A stretch of DNA of 52,673 nucleotides, the filler included, from Squatina squatina (taxonomy: Eukaryota), in NCBI GenBank assembly GCA_031763465.1. It is 3 parts of 3 records of this genome, joined end to end, with 100 filler letters (N's around TTAATTAATTAA, not from the genome) between each part and the next. Parts side by side here need not be neighbours in the genome. Positions count along the whole stretch, not along the records: positions 1 to 16,117 come from JARFOE010000176.1; 2 more parts are not named here. The stretch is one strand, 5' to 3'. A program made the translations under genes and the position numbers. Numbering within the stretch: the stretch's first letter is position 1; each line of letters opens with the position of its first letter. This document shows, one piece after another, positions 1-10,359 of this stretch. The notes under the pieces are model-generated. The model searched no databases. It had not been told where the DNA came from and saw nothing but the letters and a program-made list of their open reading frames with translations.

Positions 1-442
1 AGGAGAGCGGTTTTGTTATGGCGAGGTAGCGGTCGATACTGATACAGGCCAGGCACGCCATGGACACGCTCTTCAGCACTGAAATAATGTATCCGAAAAC
101 CTGGCAGGTCAGAGATTCCTGCATGCCCGTGGGATAGTGAAGAAGGGAGAGTGCAGGAACCAAGCAGCTTACCCCGACAAACAGGTCTGCGTAGGCCATA
201 GTCTGGATGAAGTAGCTGGTGGTGTAGTGGTGAAGGAGCGGGGCGCAGTGGAACACAAAAATGACCGTCAGATTTCCCGCGATGATCAGGACCGTCAGCA
301 GCACGATGATCACCGTCTCCAAAACGCAAACATCAACCGCGTCGTAGTAGCCGAAGCCCAGCGGGCAAGCGTGGTGATCGGACAGGTTGACCGAGGTGTT
401 GTTCATGCTCACAGCCCTCCATTCGGCCATGGAATGGTTCAT
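1..442 (-). CDS. GPR52: G protein-coupled receptor 52, N-terminal 147 codons (runs off the window start)
   Basis: Hand translation from the ATG at 442 (context TCCGCCATGA): [147 protein letters not shown]. Class A TM1-TM3 with the DRY motif, and the CPLGFG / [23 protein letters not shown] segments characteristic of GPR52. Lies on the same strand as the RABGAP1L exons. Confidence 0.95.
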   Translation of the reverse strand, partial: MNHSMAEWRAVSMNNTSVNLSDHHACPLGFGYYDAVDVCVLETVIIVLLTVLIIAGNLTVIFVFHCAPLLHHYTTSYFIQTMAYADLFVGVSCLVPALSLLHYPTGMQESLTCQVFGYIISVLKSVSMACLACISIDRYLAITKPLS

Positions 443-498
443 GGCGGAGACGGGAGTGGGCCACAGACCACGGTGCCTGGAAGCGGCTGGCACGGCAT
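439..498 (-). other. Upstream ORF (19 aa) whose stop overlaps the GPR52 start (ATGA)
   Basis: ATG at 498 (weak context, CAG-ATG-C) reads [19 protein letters not shown] and ends in TGA at 441-439, sharing two bases with the GPR52 ATG (442-440). Whether it is transcribed or translated is unknown. Confidence 0.5.
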
Positions 499-507
499 CT
501 GTTCCGG

Positions 508-660
508 CTCACTCCGCTCCTCNNNNNNNNNNNNNNNNNNNNNNNNNNNNNNNNNNNNNNCACTCCGCTCCTCCGGCACACTCTAGTTGGCTCCGCTCCT
601 GCTCAATCCGCTCCTCCGGCACACTCCGATTGCTCTGCAGCTCCTCCGGCTCGCTCTGCT
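508..660. repeat. Degenerate CTCCGCTCCTC-type repeats upstream of GPR52
   Basis: TCCGCTCCTCCGGCACACTC occurs at 564-583 and 607-626, with further partial copies; a 38-N gap (523-560) lies inside. Confidence 0.7.
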
Positions 661-2054
661 GCTCCCGATGGTCTCCGCAGCCAGCCAGCGCTTTAGAACT
701 GCACATGCTTCCTCAGCATCAGAGGACTGCTGACACACCTCGACACTGCAAGGCTGCTGACTAGCTCCCTCCAGTGTAACGCTTCCAGCTGTTCATCGTG
801 AGCCATTGTGTGCAGAGGGGGAAAGAGAGAGCAAGAGAGACAGGAGCCCGGCGAGAAATGCACAAACCTCTCCGTCTGCTCGCTAGATGCCAATAGCAAG
901 GCGAATTCCTCTCCTCTCAAAGTCTCTTGAAATACTTTTCTTGTCCTGTGCAAAGCATCCAGTTGGTCTTCAAAGACCGGGAAATAGACTGATAAGTAAA
1001 AAGGTAATGGACAAAAGACAATATAGGCAGTATTTGCGGACAAGTCCAAATCCCCAGCCTGCCAAATACATTAATGAATGTTTCGGTCTTATAAGGGGGG
1101 AGGCTGTCANNNNNNNNNNNNNNNNNNNNNNNNNNNNNNNNNNNNNNNNNNNNNNNNNNNNNNNNNNNNNNNNNNNNNNNNNNNNNNNNNNNNNNNNNNN
1201 NNNNNNNNNGGGGGGGGGGGGGGGGGGGGGGGTGAACGGGAGACGAAGGAGGGAAAGACAAAATGATTTAGAAATAAAAAGCGAAATGAGGAGTTCATGC
1301 TCACTGATTGTGATTGTCATAAAGGATTTCTGTTTATTTTCCTCAACACAATCCATCTCTTCACAAAGCACCGTCTCCATTTTTTAGTTGAGTAGTAAAA
1401 GGAAAAAGTCATGTCTGGCTTTTTTTTGCCTGACGTTATATTTACAGGATGCTGCTTTGAAAGGTGTCCAGATGTTGGATAATATTGCCCAGTAACTCGT
1501 TGTTTGACTTTGTTTGACTGTCTTTGCCTTTGTCAGTGAGGTGGAAATGGAGCCCCCTTATAATCTCGTGCACCCTCTCAGCCTGCAGAAGGGAAGATGC
1601 TATTAACTGATTTCATTTGCAGGCACAAAGTTGTGATTGCTTTGCAGATTACTATTAGCATTTGAGAAACGAGCCTGCTGATCATGCAGTTCTTTCATCT
1701 GAGATTGAATTTGACAGTATGCATAATGAATTTACTCAGAACTCTGTCTAACACAGAAAATGAAAATCTCGTAAAATAAGCTCTTGGAGGAATGCCGATG
1801 AATCTGTTTATCGCACAGGGCTCTGAATTCCAGGTTTTTCTCCCGTTACATCATCTAAACGCCAGCTGGGGCAATGACTCGATGGCTTGCCCATTTATTT
1901 ATCTAACTGGACACACTTTGGGCCTATCTGACCGCTAGCAGTGAGAATCCCCGCNNNNNNNNNNNNNNNNNNNNNNNNNNNNNNNNNNNNNNNNNNNNNN
2001 NNNNNNNNNNNNNNNNNNNNNNNNNNNNNNNNNNNNNNNNNNNNNNNNNNNNNN

Positions 2055-3301
2055 CGTTCTCTACTGCTCACCCAAATACAACAAAAGTTATATCAATATT
2101 TCTTCACTACTTTCCTCCCTCGACACCGAATGGCTTCTCATCCTCGGTGATTTCAACCGCCATCTCAATTCATTATGCTATCTTGCCGCTGAATGCACCA
2201 GCCTCCTAGCCTCCCTTAATCTCTCCCTTCATGTAAACTCGCCCAGCCCCTCGACCTCATCATCTCTCGTGGCCTTGCTAATCCCATTGTGTCAATCACA
2301 GATAAGACCATCTCTGACCATTCCCTTGTGTCACTCTTCGTCCACCCCAACCTCCTGTGTCTGCCCCTGGAAAAAAAAATTCTCCCGACTGTTACAACTG
2401 CAGTTAAGAACTCCCAACTGTCCAGCCTTTGGCCCACAATTCACCATGACATTTCTGCAGCTACTGATCTGATCAATCACACCCTCACCACTACCTTTGA
2501 TGCCCTGGTCTCTGTTAAAGCAATTACTCCCTCTCACCCTGACTGTTCCCCCAGTACAGCCCTGATCTTCATTCCCTTAAGTCTAAGGGACGCAGGCATG
2601 AACAGATATGGCGGACAACTGGTTTAGCCATTCACCGGCAGATCTGACTGGACCAGAAAGCATTATGTCCTGTTCTCGTCTGCCAAAATTGCTTACTATT
2701 CCAGAATCATTCTGGAATGTAAAAATAAACCTATTCTCCATTGCTAACTGTCTTTTTAAACCCCTCTCCCCAATCTCCACACTCAGCTCCGACAATAAAA
2801 GTGTGAGGAGCTCATGGACTTTTGTCTAAGATTGAGACCATCTGTTTGGCTGCCTCTGCCCTTCCTTCACCTAGCCCACTGGGCCAAACTTCCTCTAAGA
2901 ATTCCCCCCTTGCCCTAGCCCTGAACTCACATCTTTCTCCAGTTTCTCTCCGATCTACCCTCATGACCTTTTCCAAGCTCATCCTGTCCATGCCACCCAC
3001 ATCCTGTTCACTTAGCCCTATTCCCACCAAACTGCTGACCACCCAACTTCCTTTTCTGGCTCCAATGTTATGACATTGTTCATGGTTCTCTCTCCTCAGG
3101 TACTGTTCTTCCCCCCCCCTCCCCCCTCAAATCTGCTGTCATCAACCCTCTCCTCAAAAAAAAACAATCCTCGACCCCTCAGTCCTTGCAAACTACCGCC
3201 CGATCTCCAAACTCCCTTTCCTCTCCAATGTCCTTGAACGCGTGGTCGCCTCCCAAATCAGTGTCCACCTTTCCTGCATCTCCAGGTTTGAATCCCTCCA
3301 C
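2055..3301 (+). mobile_element. Degenerate L2-clade LINE ORF2 fragment (endonuclease to start of RT)
   Basis: LGDFNRHL at about 2142-2165 and DPSVLANYRPISKLPFLSNVLERVVA at about 3173-3250; many stops and frameshifts. Confidence 0.85.
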
Positions 3302-3520
3302 NNNNNNNNNNNNNNNNNNNNNNNNNNNNNNNNNNNNNNNNNNNNNNNNNNNNNNNNNNNNNNNNNNNNNNNNNNNNNNNNNNNNNNNNNNNNNNNNNNN
3401 NCCTGGGATGCAGGCTATCTGGCCCTGGGGATTTATCTAATAGCCAGCAGCACTGTCTTCTAAGTTAAACAGAAAGAGAGCTTGTGAGGTCCTATTTAAA
3501 TGGAAAGCATTATTTTAAGA

Positions 3521-3892
3521 CTCCAAAATCCAGACAGACACTCCAGTGCAGTACTGAGGGAGTGCTGCACTGGAAATTGGATCTTTCGGATGAGATGTTA
3601 AACCGATGTCTGCCCTCTTAGGTGGACGTAAAAGATCCCATGGCACTATTTCAAGGAGCAGCAAGGGAGTTAATACTGGTGCGCTGGTCAATATTTATCC
3701 CTCAAAACAACATCACTATAAACAGATGATCTGGTCATTTATTTCATTGCTGTTTTTGGGAGCTTGCTGTGCGTAAATTGGCTGCCGCGTTTTCTACATT
3801 ATAACAGTGACTACACATCTGAAGTACTTCATCAGCTGTAAAGCACTTTGGGAGCTCGTGAAAGGCTACATAAATGCAAGTTTGTCTTTCTT
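3521..3892 (+). mobile_element. SacSINE1/DeuSINE-like SINE, 5'-truncated, with L2-like tail
   Basis: Body GTACTGAGGGAGTGCTGCACTG...AAAGATCCCATGGCACTATTT...GGGAGCTTGCTGTGCGTAAATTGGCTGCC is shared with copies at 5551, 33548 and 40966; tail ends TAAATGCAAGT. Confidence 0.8.
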
Positions 3893-4045
3893 TTTTAACT
3901 TAAAGACTGACTAATGACGGAGGAGCAATCAGTGTAGCATTACTAATAGCCTGCACCTTGAGGTGTGGGGGTTCGGCACCAATCCCCAAAGTACCATCAT
4001 CCCTGCGCCCACTTTGAAATCACAAGCAATTCAAAATCATTTCAC

Positions 4046-4203
4046 CTGAAATTGCCTTTTCCATCATCCTCCTTCACTTCAAGAGAAACAGTGAAGTTGT
4101 AGCTGTCACTCTCAGGACTTGCATCGCCCATGTCTTTTACCTCTGCTGTTTGCTTGGAAGAGCGGCGAAAAGCAGTGGAAAAACTATACAGAATTCGACT
4201 GAC
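4046..4203 (-). CDS. RABGAP1L: RABGAP1L internal exon (end of PTB domain and following region)
   Basis: Acceptor TTTTTCCTTTAG, donor AG|GTGAAA; 158 nt. Encodes VSRILYSFSTAFRRSSKQTAEVKDMGDASPESDSYNFTVSLEVKEDDGKGNF(S). Its phase-0 start matches the phase-0 end of exon 6560-6734. Confidence 0.93.
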
Positions 4204-4280
4204 CTAAAGGAAAAAGAAATATGCAATTTTAGATCTTCAGCTTTTGACTAATGCTCGTCTTCCACATGTCCACTTATAAA

Positions 4281-4645
4281 GCTCTGTACCCCATCTGGAG
4301 TTCTGCGTTCAGTTCTGGGCACCACACCGCAGGAAGGATATGTTGGCCTCGGAGCTGGTCCAGTGCAGTTACACCAGAATAATACAAGGGCTAAAAGGGT
4401 TACCTTATGAGGACAGATTGCATAGACTAGGCTTGTATTCCCTCGAATATAGAAGACTACAGAGTGATCTAACTGCAGTGCTTAAGATGATTAAAGGATT
4501 CGATAGGGTAGATAGAGAGAAACAATTTCCTCTGGTGGAGGAGTCCAAAACAAGGGGGCACAAACATGAAATAAGAGCTCAGCCATTCAGGGGTGATGTC
4601 TGGAAGCACTTCTTCACACAAAGGGGAATGGAAATCTGGAACTCT
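4281..4645 (+). mobile_element. CR1-clade LINE ORF2 C-terminal fragment
   Basis: IIQGLKGLPYEDRLHRLGLYSLEYRRL...MIKGFDRVDRE...TRGH...FFTQR..EIWN is the typical CR1 ORF2 C-terminus. Confidence 0.9.
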
Positions 4646-5014
4646 TTTCTCCCTCCCTCCCCCCCCCGCACGGCCTGCGGCCAATGTTCTGTCGAAGCTC
4701 AATAGAGGAATCCCCCAACGGGGGTACAACAGCCAGCACCAGACGAAGCAAACCCTGGTGCCGGCGGTGTGGGTGGGAGGGGCAGATTTTAAGCAGATTC
4801 TCCCTGCTCCTGCCCACCACCCCACCCTGAGCCCTCGGGTACAATACAGAAGCGTGCTTGCCAGCGGTCTCCGGCTTCCCCACCAGACGAAGGTGGGAGT
4901 TAAAACTGCAGCAGTGTTCAACAAGGTCACCGGGGAGCTGCCGAGCTCAACTCAACTGCAACACGCCAAAGCAGCTTCCCCCTCCCGACTTCACCCACTG
5001 CTGCAACCCTGGAA

Positions 5015-5040
5015 ACACACACACACACACACACACACAC
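5015..5040. repeat. (AC)n microsatellite
   Basis: About 13 uninterrupted AC units. Confidence 0.95.
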
Positions 5041-5550
5041 GTCATTAAAATTTAACAGGCTCCTCCGACAGTTCAGCTGGTCTAATCCGGAGAGCAGCTG
5101 GAGCCGCTTAGACCCTGAGCGTTCCAGATTCCAGGGTGGGGGCGGTGGCAGGAGGGAGAGGGAGGTCGGTGGGGGGGTCCCATACCCAATCCCCCAACGC
5201 CTGCCAGTCAACGGTTACCGTGTGTGTAAGTGGACAGGACCGGGTTCTACTGCAATGTCCGCCCACTGTTCGTCAAACCACCGTGCCCTCGGGCGAAAGC
5301 AGCAGCGCGCAAAAGAGAGAGAGGGTGTGACCATCTGTCCCCGGGGTTCGGTGTTGTTTGGAGGTGACCCAGTTTGAGAGCAGGACACAACCCAGGGCAG
5401 AGTTCTTTAGAACATATTCAGAGAGGGAAAGAATAATAACATAGCTTCAAAAAGCAACACTTGAGCCTCTGCAATCCTGGAGGAGGCGCTCCATTCCCAT
5501 CGCCCCCTCACCCTGCGCCGTTCATAATGACTAGTTTGGTTAGTCTTTGT

Positions 5551-5960
5551 GTCAGCCGTGGGTGGTGCTCTCGCCTGAGTCAGAAGGTCGTGGGTTCAAG
5601 TCCCCACTCCAGAGACTCGAGCGCAAAATCCAGGCCAGATACTTCACTGCAGTTACTGACGAGGTGCTGCACTGTCGGATGAGACATTAAATCAGGGATT
5701 TAGCCCGATAACCCAGGCCAGATACTTCCCCAGTGCCTGTGCTGAGGGACTGCCGGAGGGGCGGCACCGAGGGAGCGCCGCGCTGTCGGAGGGGCGGGAC
5801 CGAGGGAGCGCCGCGCTGTCGGAGGGGCGGGACCGAGGGAGCGCCGCGCTGCCGGAGGGGCGGCACTGAGGGATGTGACGTTAAACACGAAGCCCTCTGT
5901 TTTTACCCTCTCAGGCGTGACGTAAAAGGTCCCATGGCCACAATTGGAACAAGTGCAGGG
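5551..5960 (+). mobile_element. SacSINE1-like SINE with tRNA-derived head, internal duplication and minisatellite expansion
   Basis: Head GTCAGCCGTGG...GGGTTCAAGTCCC (B-box-like). CCAGGCCAGATACTTC is duplicated at about 5629 and 5713. The SINE body resumes after the array (AAAAGGTCCCATGGC). Confidence 0.75.
5750..5873. repeat. 33-bp GC-rich minisatellite, about 3.75 copies
   Basis: Unit CTGYCGGAGGGGCGGSACCGAGGGAGCGCCGCG starts at 5750, 5783, 5816 and 5849. Confidence 0.95.
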
Positions 5961-6559
5961 NNNNNNNNNNNNNNNNNNNNNNNNNNNNNNNNNNNNNNNN
6001 NNNNNNNNNNNNNNNNNNNNNNNNNNNNNNNNNNNNNNNNNNNNNNNNNNNNNNNNNNNNGGATGTTATGCACCAAACAGTACAAATGTTTGTGTCAAGG
6101 GACATTATCAGATTAATTTTACTGCGAGCTTTATCATGGAGCGTGTATTTGTTATTTCCGACATTTGGGAAGTCAAATTCTGAATATTACTGTAAATCTG
6201 CTGCCTGTCTTTGCTACTTATCTATTTGCTGTTAATACATCTGTTCAGTAGTTTATAGCCTAAGGCATGGTCTGAGTGTGTTTATTCAGCTGTACTCACC
6301 TGTGTAACACTTCAAAGTAATTCACTGCATGTGATGTGTGAGACCTCTCAAAAGTGATAAGGAGCTTTATAAATTCAGGGCTTTTGTTTCTTTAATTACT
6401 CTTACATTATTTTGCACAAAAAATGTCAGGCAGATTGAGGAAAAAGAAACGAATAGAAAACAACTGATGGTTTCTACTTGACTGCACAAATATTTACAAG
6501 CTAACTTTGAAAACTGAAATAATTTCTGTGCCCGGCAAGGATTAAAATACTGTACTTAC

Positions 6560-6734
6560 GGCTTCCTTGATCTCACAGCAGAACATGTGAAGCTGGAACT
6601 CATCTGTACTGCAGTAACTTTCAGTAAATGCAAAGCAATTACTCTCCGAAGTCCCATCAATATCTCGGACACAGAACAACACTGTATATATCGGAAATGC
6701 GGCTATCTCTGTGGTCGTAGCCTGGTCTATTATC
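6560..6734 (-). CDS. RABGAP1L: RABGAP1L internal exon (PTB domain)
   Basis: Acceptor TTTTCCCCCCTTCAG, donor GCC|GTAAGT; 175 nt. Encodes (R)IIDQATTTEIAAFPIYTVLFCVRDIDGTSESNCFAFTESYCSTDEFQLHMFCCEIKEA. Completes the AG|G Arg codon from exon 7874-8081. Confidence 0.95.
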
Positions 6735-7079
6735 CTGAAGGGGGGAAAAACAGGAATGCAGAACTCAGTTTGAAGGCAGTGAAAACAGTGGTTCTTGAGT
6801 TTAAAAAAAACAATTTAACATGTGAAGACCTCATACCCAAGATTAATTAGTCCCGATCGGGGTAGGTTGACTGTTATTTTACAGAAAGAAACATTTATTC
6901 TTGAGATCNNNNNNNNNNNNNNNNNNNNNNNNNNNNNNNNNNNNNNNNNNNNNNNNNNNNNNNNNNNNNNNNNNNNNNNNNNNNNNNNNNNNNNNNNNNN
7001 NNNNNNNNTTAAATAAATAAAGCTGATCAAAATAGGGAACTCCTTGACCCAATGGACTAAGATATTGTTTCTTTAAACT

Positions 7080-7345
7080 TGTGCTCGGTAGCTGGGCGAT
7101 GCTTGCAAGGCTGCATTAATTGCCTATCAGTTACCCTGATGGGCCTTCTCCTTGAACCGCTACACTCCTTGTGCTGAAGGTGCTGTAGGGAATCCCAGGA
7201 TATTAACCCAGCGATGATGAAAGAACAATATATGTTCAAGTCAGGATGGTATATGTCTTGGAGGGGAACTTGGAGGTGAGTGTGTTACCATGACATCTCG
7301 TCCTTCTCAGTGGCAGAAGTCACAAGGGAAGGAGGTGCTGTTGAA
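7080..7345 (-). mobile_element. Degenerate LINE 3' fragment (family of 11290-11587)
   Basis: Reverse-complement similarity to 11290-11587 (CTTGAACCGCT, GGAGGGGAACTT). Confidence 0.6.
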
Positions 7346-7873
7346 GTAAGATTTATCCTGTTTTCCATAGATAAGTCATCCCTAGGTAATTGTCGGGTAG
7401 CTATCAGTGTCATGGTTGTACTGGAACTACCACTTCATTTCTGAGACCTGGTTCTGTACCCAACCCAGGCTGAGCTGAAGAAAACTGTCTCCCTCTGCTG
7501 ATCACAATGGTCCTACTGACAAGGCGTTTGGGCACTAGGAACTGCAGAAAACTGGACCATAATTCAATATAATGGATTGTCTTACTCTGAGAGCTTTGGT
7601 ATTTCAAATGGAAAAATGTCACACTGATGCGCAAAAAAGTGATCAATTGTGGATGTGGTTGCCTGAGAGCAGTTGATGCTGACACTGTCACACTTCAAAA
7701 ACTGTGACATTCCCAAGGTAGACATTACTCACCTTGAGCACGAGAAAGGTTTGTACGCCATCTTTGGGATTTTTTTTTTGTTAAACTAGTGATAAATATC
7801 CCCATTGTTGGCAACATCTCATCAGTGAAGCTGATAAATAACTCATTTTAACTGGACTAAATGGCCAGCCTAC

Positions 7874-8081
7874 CTTACAGATCCATCTGCTACATTTGGC
7901 ACATACAGGGTAACGTGAATAGGAACTTGGCAGTTGGCACGGAGGTTGGCCATGACGCGAAGAGCCTCTGCTTCATTGCGTGGAGAAGTCACCTTCGCGC
8001 ACCCCAGGTAGGTTAACTTATTGAATAGCACACTCTCCTCTTCCTCGGCACTGGGTGATGCAGCCTTTGGTGCAGGCAGCT
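7874..8081 (-). CDS. RABGAP1L: RABGAP1L internal exon (start of PTB domain)
   Basis: Acceptor TTTTCCACAG, donor AAG|GTAGGC; 208 nt. Encodes LPAPKAASPSAEEEESVLFNKLTYLGCAKVTSPRNEAEALRVMANLRANCQVPIHVTLYVPNVADGSV(R). SVLFNKLTYLGC and VTLYVPNV favour RABGAP1L over RABGAP1, as does linkage to GPR52 and ZBTB37. Confidence 0.92.
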
Positions 8082-8174
8082 CTGTGGAAAATACACATGA
8101 ATTAATACTGCTCACAACAGGTACAAATTACAGCATACATGCAGCAGTGATTCCTGGCCTGCAGTGCAGTTTCC

Positions 8175-8285
8175 AGAAATAAAAACAGAAAATGCTGGAA
8201 ATACACACCAGGTCACTCGACATCTGTAAAGAGAATAGAAAGGCTGTTACCTTTTGGTAGCAGACCCTTCATCAGACAGTAGATA
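8175..8285. mobile_element. Probable Penelope-like terminal repeat fragment
   Basis: AAAACAGAAAATGCTGGAAATAC...GACCCTTCATCAGA, a recalled resemblance to a common shark Penelope-associated repeat. Confidence 0.45.
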
Positions 8286-8689
8286 TTGGCAAAAGATTGC
8301 CCACCTGATAAGATCTCCTTGTTTTTAAAGGAGTATTGTCAATTGACTGGACTGGGATTGGGACACATGTTCTGGGAAAATGTGCATCAAGCAACAACCT
8401 CCCTTTGAGACATTTTGTGACATAGCATCCTTCATGTAGCCAACCCTGTGCAGTGTACAAGGGCACACCTTACCCTGCAGCATCAATGCATTCCGAATAC
8501 ATTCTTAATGTAAATTAGGTCCATTCCCTGCAAGGACTGAGTGGACGGCTGGGTGAGAGTGCAGTGTCTGAAGTGTGCTCATTAGAGGTTGGAAAAGTAA
8601 TCTAAATAGAAGTAATCTTTCTTTATTCTACCAATCATATCCTCCGCCGGTATTGGAAACAGACAAAGAGGTAGGTCTTTATTTAGCTT

Positions 8690-9215
8690 CCCTTTAAATG
8701 CATCTTGCTATTCACCTCAACCATTTTAAATGATAGCAAGTTCCAAATTCTCAACACTCTCTGGGTAAAGAAGTTTTTCCTGAATTCCTTACTGGATTTA
8801 TTAGTGACTATTTTATATTCATGACCCCTCGCTTTGGACATCTACCCTATCAAACCCCTTCATAATTTTAAAGACCTTCCTCAATCTTCGGTCACCCCTC
8901 AACCTTCTCTTTGCTAGAGAAATAAAGCCTACCCTGATAGTTATACCCTCTCAGTTCTAGTATCATTCTTGTAAATGTTTTTTGCACTTTCTCCAGTGCC
9001 TCTATATCCTTTTTGTAGTACGGAGACCAGAACTGTGCACAGTACTCTTAAGTGTGGCCTAACNNNNNNNNNNNNNNNNNNNNNNNNNNNNNNNNNNNNN
9101 NNNNNNNNNNNNNNNNNNNNNNNNNNNNNNNNNNNNNNNNNNNNNNNNNNNNNNNNNNNNNNNCTCCCACCAGGGGAAATAGTTTCTCCCTATCTACCCT
9201 ATCAAATCCTTTAAT
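8690..9215 (-). mobile_element. CR1 LINE 3' fragments on either side of a gap
   Basis: Reverse strand gives MIKGFDRVDREKLFPLVG, matching 4281-4645. Confidence 0.8.
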
Positions 9216-10160
9216 CATCATCCGTGTGTTCCTCACCACCACTAGATTTGTGTCATCCATTAGGTTCAAAACATTTCCGGGACAGTAAATAATGTCAGGT
9301 GAGACTGAAACACAAGTTTTAGAGAGAGAAAGAGAGAGAGAATCCATCCTACCCGTCAGTATGTTAGTGGCAAGCACCTTGTCAGACAGAAGGGGGCTGA
9401 GTCAGCAGGGTCAGTGAAAACACTCCAATTCCACTTTGCCCCATTTCCTCCTCCAAACTAACACGTTCTTCAGAAGCATTTCTGCACCAAAATCAAAGGG
9501 TTGGTGACTTCATTAGTTTATTCTGGGAATGCTATAAATTATGGAATATTCTGTGTTCTGTACATTTCCCCAATTCATTTATGATTAATAAACAGCTTCA
9601 CAAGCCCACGCAGAGCTGCTTCATCAGACAGTTTATAGGAGGTATACTGGAAAAACTGTGGCTGTCCTTCAGTCCTAATAAAAGGATATCCCAGGTTGAA
9701 GGACACACGCACTATTCTGAGAAACGTTACACACGCAAATCCACACGACTGTAAATCTACTGTCAAATCTGGTCACGCACATTCATCATGAGTATCCCTA
9801 TTTCTTTTAAGCACTATCTATAGTTAAAAAGACTATTTGTCAGTCGTTTACAGAAATGTACAGAACCACAGGGTTTTCCATTCGCAGCACAGGTCACTCC
9901 ACCACTGAGGAAGTTCCACTTCAGACCAATTTCCTCTCCCCATCATTTCTCATCCCCCAAACAGTCCCATACTTCCGGGAGGGTGAAATGTCCCTGGTTT
10001 TCTTTCCGTTGTCCCTTCTGAATGCTGACAGCTATGAACAAATTCCTGGACCCTTCCAGGACAGGTTAAGAAATGAGCTCAGAGAGTGATGAGCTGGGGG
10101 CCCCCTGGGAATAATACAGCAAAATGTTTTCCGTTAGATATAATCATTCAACTTTAGCTA

Positions 10161-10359
10161 CCTGGTCTTCATACACTCAAGGACACTCCTCCTCCCCTGG
10201 TCTTCATACACTCAGGGACACCCCTCCTCCCCTGGTCTTCATACACTCAAGGACAGCCCTCCTCCCCTGGTCTTCATACACTCAGGGACACCCCTCCTCC
10301 CCTGGTCTTCATACACTCAGGGACACCCCTCCTCCCCTGGTCTTCAGACACTCAAGGAC
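10161..10359. repeat. 35-bp minisatellite, at least 5.7 copies, truncated by a gap
   Basis: Unit CCTGGTCTTCATACACTCAGGGACACCCCTCCTCC starts at 10161, 10196, 10231, 10266, 10301 and 10336. Confidence 0.97.

Noticed and set aside
137-586. 149-aa + strand ORF
   Set aside because: Antisense shadow of the GPR52 CDS; GTG start and no recognisable motifs.
1210-1232. Poly-G run as a G-quadruplex element
   Set aside because: It sits at a contig edge next to a gap, where homopolymer length is unreliable and may be a sequencing artefact.
7870-8115. Assignment to the paralogous RABGAP1/GPR21/ZBTB34 set
   Set aside because: Recalled diagnostic residues in all three genes, and their joint linkage, fit RABGAP1L/GPR52/ZBTB37 better. 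A gene tree would confirm.
10161-10359. 35-bp repeats resembling a CRISPR array
   Set aside because: Units are head-to-tail with no unique spacers, there are no cas genes, and the DNA is vertebrate. The same applies to 5750-5873 and 28114-28361.
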